64,000 nt of DNA from Clostridia bacterium (GTDB lineage Bacteria; Bacillota; Peptococcia; DRI-13; SM3-B62). This document shows positions 52,984 through 59,172 of this stretch, one piece after another. Every line of letters starts with the position of its first letter. Positions within the stretch are counted from its first letter, which is position 1. The notes under the pieces were generated by a model that was given only the letters and a program-made list of their open reading frames with translations, was not told the origin of the DNA and did no database searches. Location of the stretch: contig JAHDQS010000045.1 of assembly GCA_018433675.1 (NCBI GenBank), forward strand, positions 70,356 through 134,355, given 5' to 3'. Position numbers and translations under genes: made by a program.

Positions 52984-53635
52984 TTCTCTTAACCTCCAAC
53001 GCTTTCCCCATCACTTTTATTTTTAATGATTCCCCGCCCGCATAAATCTTAACGGGGTATGCCGTATTTGACGGTTGCAGGACGATGGTGGAGTCCTTTC
53101 TGTAAATACGGAACAGCTTCCCCGTGTCATTATCCACCGAGACCAGAGCAATTTCGCCGTTTTTTACTTGGGTGGTCTCTTTGATTAAACACAAATCGCC
53201 GGGTATAATATAGTCATTTTTCATAGAATCGTCCCGAATCCTTAGCCAATAATATTTATCGTTTAGAAGATTGTCACCGCACACACACTCGCGGTCAGAG
53301 CAGTATTCGTGGGAAAAAATCTTTTGGCCGGGTCGGATGTCTGATAATACGGGAAGTGTGCGGTATATCGTTTTTGTTTCGTCGTTTGTACTATTTTCAG
53401 AAAACTCCTCCTCCGTAAAAACCCGGGGGCAGATATCTTCCGTATAGCCTAACAGATAGTCGGTCGTAACGTTGAAGAATAAAGCAAATTTCTTGAGCAT
53501 TTCATAATCAGGGGATCTTTTCCCGGATTCATATAGAGAAATCGTTGATTCGGCAAGGTTGAAATGTGAACCGAGTTGGGATTGTGTAAGGCTCTTTTCC
53601 TGTCTTAATGCTCGAAGTCTTTCACCCAATTGCAT
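52976..53635 (-). CDS. XRE-family HTH repressor fused to an S24 (LexA/CI-like) peptidase domain
   Basis: N-terminal LGERLRALRQEKSLTQSQLG...STISLYESGKRSP. C-terminal S24 signature LRIRDDSMKNDYIIPGDL...NGEIAL. The ATG at 53635 is preferred over the TTG at 53656. Confidence 0.85.
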   Translation of the reverse strand: MQLGERLRALRQEKSLTQSQLGSHFNLAESTISLYESGKRSPDYEMLKKFALFFNVTTDYLLGYTEDICPRVFTEEEFSENSTNDETKTIYRTLPVLSDIRPGQKIFSHEYCSDRECVCGDNLLNDKYYWLRIRDDSMKNDYIIPGDLCLIKETTQVKNGEIALVSVDNDTGKLFRIYRKDSTIVLQPSNTAYPVKIYAGGESLKIKVMGKALEVKRKL

Positions 53636-53659
53636 AAAAAACCTACCGCCTTTCAACTA

Positions 53660-53687
53660 CATTATATCCTTTATAAACTATAAAGGA
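53660..53687 (-). promoter_or_regulatory. promoter -10 (TATAAT on the minus strand) with an abutting perfect inverted-repeat operator
   Basis: ATCCTTTATA-AAC-TATAAAGGAT (10-bp arms, ~53665-53687) abuts a minus-strand TATAAT (~53660-53665), about 25 nt upstream of the repressor ATG. Confidence 0.5.
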
Positions 53688-53815
53688 TAGCCGAGGCGTC
53701 TTTGCGATGCGAAAATAGCAGATAAACCTTGACACAACGCAAAGAACTGAGTTAGAATAAAATATATAATATTGTTAATAAAAGAGAATATTACAGCAAA
53801 AAGGTATTAAAATGT

Positions 53816-54823
53816 CTATTCCGGAAAACTCTCAAGGGGTATTTTTCTTACAGGTATTTTTTCGTTTATTTCTTTTCCTTTCAGCAAAACATCTTGCAGG
53901 TTGGTTAATTCCTTGATGCTGAGGCAGGAGTTTGAGGGCCAGCAGTTACCGCTCTTGCAACGGCTGACAGCCTTTAGCAGCACATTGGACTGCAAAGCGG
54001 GAAAATGTTCTTGAACGCTAAGAGTGATTTCTTCCGGAAACAGTTCTTTTGTCCGTTCTATTCCTTGGCGGTATGCCTTGATGAATTTTTGACAAGCCGT
54101 CCGATGTGCAGACAGAAATTCGGAAGTGGTTAGGAAAACGTTTGTTACCAGAGGGGTGTCGGCAAGTTCCAAGGAGGCAACGATATGTCCGATATTGCTG
54201 CTTTCCGCCAGTGAAGCCAAGGGCTCGGAAAGTACTATATACTGGCCGGTCCCGGCTTGAAAAGAGCCCAGCATCATTTCCGGGGGCAGGTTATTGATGA
54301 TATGAACGTCGACAAAGGGACGCAGGTTATGCTGTCTGAGGATGTGTTCGAAAACTATTTGCGGCAGTTCACCATTCTTGTGACCGATAACGACCTTTCC
54401 TTTCAAATCATTCCAATCAAACGGTTTGTCGTTTTTTCTGGTTAGGAGAAAGCAGCAGTTGGCATTTGAAGCGGGAGCGATTATTACCAATTCTTCAGTT
54501 TTGTCTTGCTGAAGGTGGAAGAAGACTATTTCAGGTCCAGTCAGGATGATGTCTGTTTCGCCCGCTAAGAGTGTGTTATATGCATCCCACTGTGATGTAC
54601 AGGTGGCGACGGATACTTCCAGTCCGTAAGACGCAAAGACGTTTTTTTCCAGAGCGACATAAAAGGGTAGGAAAAGCGTGGAATGGGAAACGAGGGAGAC
54701 ATTTAATTGTTGGCTAGGAGTAGCTTCTTCTGTAGGTGTCTCGCTTTTGATATTTAAAATGAATATTGCAGAGACGATTGATAGAACCAGGAGGATAAAA
54801 AGGACAATGGATTTTTTTCGCAA
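53816..54823 (-). CDS. membrane-anchored NMT1/SsuA-like ABC substrate-binding protein (orphan)
   Basis: TTG at 54823, 10 nt after AAGGGGGAA, gives MRKKSIVLFILLVLSIVSAIFIL (TM anchor) followed by a periplasmic-binding-protein-like fold. The track extension to 55099 is antisense to the HTH gene. Confidence 0.7.
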   Translation of the reverse strand: MRKKSIVLFILLVLSIVSAIFILNIKSETPTEEATPSQQLNVSLVSHSTLFLPFYVALEKNVFASYGLEVSVATCTSQWDAYNTLLAGETDIILTGPEIVFFHLQQDKTEELVIIAPASNANCCFLLTRKNDKPFDWNDLKGKVVIGHKNGELPQIVFEHILRQHNLRPFVDVHIINNLPPEMMLGSFQAGTGQYIVLSEPLASLAESSNIGHIVASLELADTPLVTNVFLTTSEFLSAHRTACQKFIKAYRQGIERTKELFPEEITLSVQEHFPALQSNVLLKAVSRCKSGNCWPSNSCLSIKELTNLQDVLLKGKEINEKIPVRKIPLESFPE

Positions 54824-54977
54824 AATAGTGGTTCCCCCTTGAGTGGGAATGTATTGTGATAATTTATATGCAAACTTGAAGATGAATATTATTATGAGAT
54901 ATTTGTTGAATTCAGAAATGCCAGGACATAGTCTGTAGTTTGGCGTGATAACACAACTTTGCATGGAGGTGGATTTT

Positions 54978-55187
54978 TTGTCAATCAGGGAAGAGATTAA
55001 ATCAATGATTGTTAAATCGGGATGGACAATGAGTGCTGTGATAAAGGTAATAAACGAAAAGGAATCTCGGCATGATACACTACAAAATCTGAGCAACAAA
55101 TTAACCCGCGGTACTATCCAGTACAGGGACGTAAAAAAGATCGCAGAGGTGATTGGCTACAGAATCGAGTGGGTAAAAATAGAATGA
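54978..55187 (+). CDS. small HTH DNA-binding protein (XRE-like)
   Basis: TTG 7 nt after GGAGGTG. IREEIKSMIVKSGWTMSAVIKVINEK...LQNLSNKLTRGTIQYRDVKKIAEVIGYRIEW. Confidence 0.6.
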   Translation: MSIREEIKSMIVKSGWTMSAVIKVINEKESRHDTLQNLSNKLTRGTIQYRDVKKIAEVIGYRIEWVKIE

Positions 55188-55306
55188 AACAGGAAAGTTG
55201 GTTTGTGCGTCGGGGTTCGTACATAAAATGTTCATAAAATATTGATGTCTGCATAAAATATAGCAGCAAGATAATTCAGTAATTGTTATCGGTTGGAGGA
55301 ATCCCT

Positions 55307-55744
55307 TTGAAGGAGCGGGTGCGGCAGCGTGAGAATACAAGAACAAAACGCAGATTAGCAGAAGGAAAGGCAATTTTAGTCGGTTGTATCGCAACTTTGG
55401 CAGTCTGGCTTCTTGCGGCGCTGTTGGCAGCACTTTGGGTTTATTTTAAAGGTACGGGTACGTACTTGTTTAGCACTTATATTTACCTTTTAGGAGTAGT
55501 TGGAGTTTTTGCCGGTGGTCTGGCCGCGGGTCTTCTAGCGGACAAAAGCGGTTGGACCAGCGGTGCAGCAGTCGGATTGCTGCTTGGCATAGTAGGGGTA
55601 GCGGTCGGTTTAGAAGTCATACCCCAAGCATATACCTTATTGGAGGGAGTTCGTTGTGTTCTGGTGTGGTCTTTGTGGGGTTTGAGCGGAGGTTATCTCG
55701 GATCTAGTATAAAGGCTGTTTTGAAGAAAACAAAGGAATCATAA
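55307..55744 (+). CDS. small integral membrane protein (YrzE / TIGR04086-like)
   Basis: TTG 6 nt after GGAGGA. Basic N-terminus, then four Gly/Ala-rich TM helices. Confidence 0.65.
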   Translation: MKERVRQRENTRTKRRLAEGKAILVGCIATLAVWLLAALLAALWVYFKGTGTYLFSTYIYLLGVVGVFAGGLAAGLLADKSGWTSGAAVGLLLGIVGVAVGLEVIPQAYTLLEGVRCVLVWSLWGLSGGYLGSSIKAVLKKTKES

Positions 55745-56315
55745 CATTAGCGAGTTTGCAAAATTAATATGGGATTATATAGAAAGAGATTACCCTTCTA
55801 TTGGTAGGATAGTTACTAAAAACCAATCATGCCGAGGAAGGAATAATCTCTTTATTGTTTTGTATAAAAAAGTATGAGTGGAGCCTCTGTCTTGGTCGAT
55901 CATGGTCACAGACAGGAGGTGATGCCCCGTGGAAATCTCAACATTGGTAAACCTTCTAATACTCATCGTAATGATCATGGCTTTAGCTCAAAAAAAGAAT
56001 TAGAACTGTGCTGTCACACAGTCCTATAGGGTGATGAAAACCTTATTAACGGCTGTGACCGGCCAAGAGGGGACAGCCACTCATTAAGGGACCTTCGGTG
56101 TTCACCGCACCGGAGGTTTCCATTTATATTATGCATAAAACAAAAAAAAATATCAAGATTTTTTCCCTTAGAAGATTATGCCAGATTATATCGTACGAAA
56201 TATAGAAAAAAGAGAACAAAAAAAGACGAAATAAAGAACAAAAGCAAGGAGGTAAATGAGCAAAAGTATTGCAATATATTGTGTAAAATGATATGCTGTT
56301 TTCGGAGGTGGTTGC

Positions 56316-57083
56316 ATGAAACCGTTAGAACCAAGGGAAGGTATCGTAGTAACTGCGAGCGAGTTGAAAAAAAACTTTGGGAAGTATTTGAATTGTGTTA
56401 GAAAGCAACATGATGTGGTCATTACTAAAAATGGCAGAAAAATTGCGAGGTTAACGCCTTATGTAACAGACATAGAGCAATATTTTACGGTAAGAGAGAA
56501 CGCCTTGGATTACCAATATGGCGGGAAAAAGGTATCCTATGAAGAATTTATGGTGATTAACGAAAATAGTAAGCTGAGAATGGAATTGATCAACGGTGAA
56601 GTCTACTTATTGGATTCGCCGAATATTATACATCAAGAAATCCTGGGAAGACTTTACCTCATGTATAACGAATACTTCAAGGATAAAAAATGCAGGGTAT
56701 TTTTTGCGCCTTTTGATGTGCACTTAAAGAAAAAGAAAATGAAGACACCGGACGTTGTGCAGCCCGATATCTTAGTGGTTTGTGATCTTGAAGGCAGTGT
56801 CGCGGAAAAAGGTCGGTATATGGGCACCCCGGATTTGGTCGTTGAAATCTTGTCAGACACCACCCGCAGCAAGGATATGATAGATAAACTGAATTCATAT
56901 ATGCTGTCCGAAGTAAAGGAGTATTGGATTATTGATCCGAAACAGGAGAATATAATCGTGTACGTTTACGATAATCATGAAGTTGAAAGGATCAGGACGT
57001 TTGAAAAAGGAGATATTGCTCAGTCCTTTGTATTTGAAGGACTAGCGGTAAATGTCCGGGAACTCTTTGAGGATTTGATATGA
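56316..57083 (+). CDS. Phd/YefM antitoxin-like domain fused to a Uma2 (DUF820, PD-(D/E)xK) endonuclease domain
   Basis: The N-terminal ~55 aa, VVTASELKKNFGKYLNCVRKQHDVVITKNGRKIARLTPY, are Phd/YefM-like. The C-terminal part, PDVVQPDILVV...TPDLVVEILSDTTRSKDMIDKLNSYMLSEVKEYWIIDP, carries the Uma2 core. Confidence 0.8.
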   Translation: MKPLEPREGIVVTASELKKNFGKYLNCVRKQHDVVITKNGRKIARLTPYVTDIEQYFTVRENALDYQYGGKKVSYEEFMVINENSKLRMELINGEVYLLDSPNIIHQEILGRLYLMYNEYFKDKKCRVFFAPFDVHLKKKKMKTPDVVQPDILVVCDLEGSVAEKGRYMGTPDLVVEILSDTTRSKDMIDKLNSYMLSEVKEYWIIDPKQENIIVYVYDNHEVERIRTFEKGDIAQSFVFEGLAVNVRELFEDLI

Positions 57084-57128
57084 GTCCGGGTACCTGAAAT
57101 AACTTGGTTTTATGAAAGGACGGACATA

Positions 57129-57137
57129 TGGTATAAT
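57129..57137 (+). promoter_or_regulatory. extended -10 promoter element (TGGTATAAT) upstream of the MNT/HepT pair
   Basis: TGnTATAAT about 40 nt upstream of the MNT start. Confidence 0.4.
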
Positions 57138-57175
57138 AAGTTTGGATTTTATAAGAATGCTTGGGAGGGGTAATT

Positions 57176-57463
57176 ATGTTAACCCTGACTCAAATTAAAG
57201 ATTCAATTACAGAGGTAGTAAATAAATATCCGGTTAAAAAACTGTCTATATTTGGGTCTTATGCAGATGGAAGCGCGACAGAAGGAAGTGATCTTGATAT
57301 GTTAATTGAGTTTTCATCAACAGAAGTTTCGCTTTTTTTACTATCTGAAATAAAAGATGAGATTCAATCTAAATTAAATAGAGAAATTGACTTGATTCAT
57401 GCGCCAATTGACGAAGGTGCTTTAATAAAAATTGACAGGGTCGTTGATATTTATGAACAGTAG
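57176..57463 (+). CDS. MNT nucleotidyltransferase antitoxin (type VII TA)
   Basis: LSIFGSYADGSATEGSDLDMLIEF (GSx10DxD). ATG after GGGAGGGG. Confidence 0.85.
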   Translation: MLTLTQIKDSITEVVNKYPVKKLSIFGSYADGSATEGSDLDMLIEFSSTEVSLFLLSEIKDEIQSKLNREIDLIHAPIDEGALIKIDRVVDIYEQ

Positions 57464-57788
57464 GGACAAGCAAATAGTGAAGAAAATTCTCCAAGAGATA
57501 AATGTAATAGGGCATTTAATTGCAGGGTACAACTTAGAAAAATTTATCCTCGATGAACGGACAAAGAGAGCCATATGCATGACATTAATAAACATTGGAG
57601 AGTTAAGCAAAAGCCTTACGGAAAGTTTTAAACAACAACATAATTATATTGCGTGGCGAGCTGTTGCAGGAATGAGAGATGTTACAGCGCATAAATATCA
57701 AACATTGAAAATGGGTGATGTATGGGTTACCGTCGTAAATGATATTCCAATACTAAAAAAGCAATTAAATGACATATTGAGCCAATGA
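57453..57788 (+). CDS. HepT (DUF86) RNase toxin
   Basis: Rx4HxY motif as RDVTAHKY. Overlaps the MNT gene by 11 nt. Confidence 0.85.
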   Translation: MNSRDKQIVKKILQEINVIGHLIAGYNLEKFILDERTKRAICMTLINIGELSKSLTESFKQQHNYIAWRAVAGMRDVTAHKYQTLKMGDVWVTVVNDIPILKKQLNDILSQ

Positions 57789-57809
57789 CATTTTATGGGA
57801 CAACCTTAG

Positions 57810-57839
57810 TTGGACAACTACATTCTTACATGCTATAAT
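57810..57839 (+). promoter_or_regulatory. sigma-A promoter with extended -10
   Basis: TTGGAC, 18 nt, TGCTATAAT. Followed by a ~130-nt leader before the ECF S-component gene. Confidence 0.55.
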
Positions 57840-57977
57840 ATTTGCAATACCATGAAGGTATTTGCTTTCTTGAAAGAAAGCGCAGGCCTCGTGGTGTTTT
57901 TTTTGTGCGAACGGGGTTCTAACTGTGTTTAAGATTAACGCAGGTCAAGAATTCAGAATAAGGATGGTTGATGAGAA

Positions 57978-58523
57978 GTGAAAAAACAAGAAGTGAGAAA
58001 GTTGGTTTTAGCCGGTTTGTTTCTGGCGCTGTGTTTAGTACTTCCGTTCTTGACGGGTCAACTCAAGGAGCTTGGTAATGCTCTCTCGCCGATGCATATT
58101 CCGGTCTTGCTGTGCGGTTTTATTTGTGGGTGGCAGTACGGTTTGGCAGTAGGGTTTATAGCACCGTTGCTTCGCTTTTTACTGTTTGGGATGCCACCCA
58201 TTTTTCCCATTGGAATTTCCATGGCCTTTGAACTGGCCGCTTATGGCCTTTTATCAGGGCTTCTTTACAATCTGCTTCCCAAAAAGACGGGTAATATCTA
58301 TGTGACACTGATTGTCTCGATGCTCCTTGGCCGTATCGTCTGGGGTATTACCAGGGTAGTAATACTGGGAGTAGCCGGTATTGAATTTACCTGGGCCATG
58401 TTTATCACCGCGGCCTTTATTAAATCTGTTCCCGGTATTATAATTCACATCATTTTAATACCTCTCATAGTGATTGCCCTGCAAAAAGCTAACCTTATGG
58501 AGGATAAGAAAGAGTCTTGTTGA
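57978..58523 (+). CDS. ECF transporter S component (substrate unknown)
   Basis: Six-TM small protein: LVLAGLFLALCLVLPFLTG...MHIPVLLCGF...GRIVWG. ECF_trnsprt-like. Confidence 0.75.
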   Translation: MKKQEVRKLVLAGLFLALCLVLPFLTGQLKELGNALSPMHIPVLLCGFICGWQYGLAVGFIAPLLRFLLFGMPPIFPIGISMAFELAAYGLLSGLLYNLLPKKTGNIYVTLIVSMLLGRIVWGITRVVILGVAGIEFTWAMFITAAFIKSVPGIIIHIILIPLIVIALQKANLMEDKKESC

Positions 58524-58547
58524 AACGGATTTAGCCGGAGGTGCGTC

Positions 58548-59132
58548 ATGCCGAAGCATGAGAAGTATGATCCTTTGTATTCCGCTATCGAAAGGCTAGC
58601 GGCGGAAAAAGAAACCGTAAACATCGTAATTGACGGAAAATGCGGGGCGGGAAAAACCACCTTTGCCGCGTATCTTGTTGCTGTTTACGAGTGCAATGTC
58701 ATACACATGGATGATTTTTTCCTGCCGCCGGCTTTGCGTAAGGAGGGAAGACTCACGGTTCCGGGAGGGAATGTACATTACGAAAGGTTTATAGATGAGG
58801 TGGGGCCGGGGTTAAGAAACGGAGAGCCTATAACATACCGAGTTTTTGATTGTGCGATGATGGATTACAACGGGGTAGTCACTTTGCCTCCAAAACCGCT
58901 CAATATTGTCGAAGGTTCTTACAGCCTTCATCCTGAATTAGCCTCGCTCTACGATCTCAAGGTATTCATGACCGTTTCCGAGGAGGAACAAAAAAGAAGG
59001 CTTCTGGAAAGAAGTAAGGGAAAAAGCAAGGAAAAGGGAGGATACCAGCTTTACCTCGATAAATGGATACCCTTGGAGAATCGTTACTTTAAGGCGTATA
59101 GGATCCCCCAAAACTGCGATTTTATCTTCTGA
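58548..59132 (+). CDS. P-loop kinase of the uridine kinase-like family
   Basis: Walker A IVIDGKCGAGKTT; HMDDFF; overall uridine/nucleoside kinase-like layout. Confidence 0.65.
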   Translation: MPKHEKYDPLYSAIERLAAEKETVNIVIDGKCGAGKTTFAAYLVAVYECNVIHMDDFFLPPALRKEGRLTVPGGNVHYERFIDEVGPGLRNGEPITYRVFDCAMMDYNGVVTLPPKPLNIVEGSYSLHPELASLYDLKVFMTVSEEEQKRRLLERSKGKSKEKGGYQLYLDKWIPLENRYFKAYRIPQNCDFIF

Positions 59133-59137
59133 ATGAA

Positions 59138-59170
59138 AAAGGCCGGCTCGAAAGCCGGCCTTTGATTTTT
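59138..59170. terminator. bidirectional rho-independent terminator
   Basis: AAAGGCCGGCT-CGAA-AGCCGGCCTTT flanked by A- and T-runs, between convergent genes. Confidence 0.8.
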
Positions 59171-59172
59171 AC

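Noticed and set aside
54824-55099. N-terminal 92-aa extension of the SBP ORF (track start 55099).
   Set aside because: The extension has no signal or TM logic and runs antisense through the small HTH gene. The TTG at 54823 has a strong AAGGGGGAA RBS and yields a normal signal-anchor N-terminus.
56030-56125. Cobalamin riboswitch, because of GGTGATGAAAACC and a GCCACTC 'B12-box-like' string. Guanidine (ykkC) and c-di-GMP classes were also considered.
   Set aside because: Only short fragments resemble the consensus. The order and spacing of the conserved elements do not fit, and the downstream gene (Phd-Uma2) has no link to those ligands. It is kept only as an unclassified structured region.
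55790-56422. Minus-strand ORFs 55790-55978 and 56186-56422 in the long intergenic gap.
   Set aside because: They have no RBS and no recognisable domain. The second overlaps the well-supported Phd-Uma2 start and is largely a translation of A/T homopolymer runs.
57900-57977. preQ1-I riboswitch upstream of the ECF S component (GGGGTTCTAAC...).
   Set aside because: The P1 stem has no complementary 3' strand, and the A-rich tail/SD arrangement is absent.
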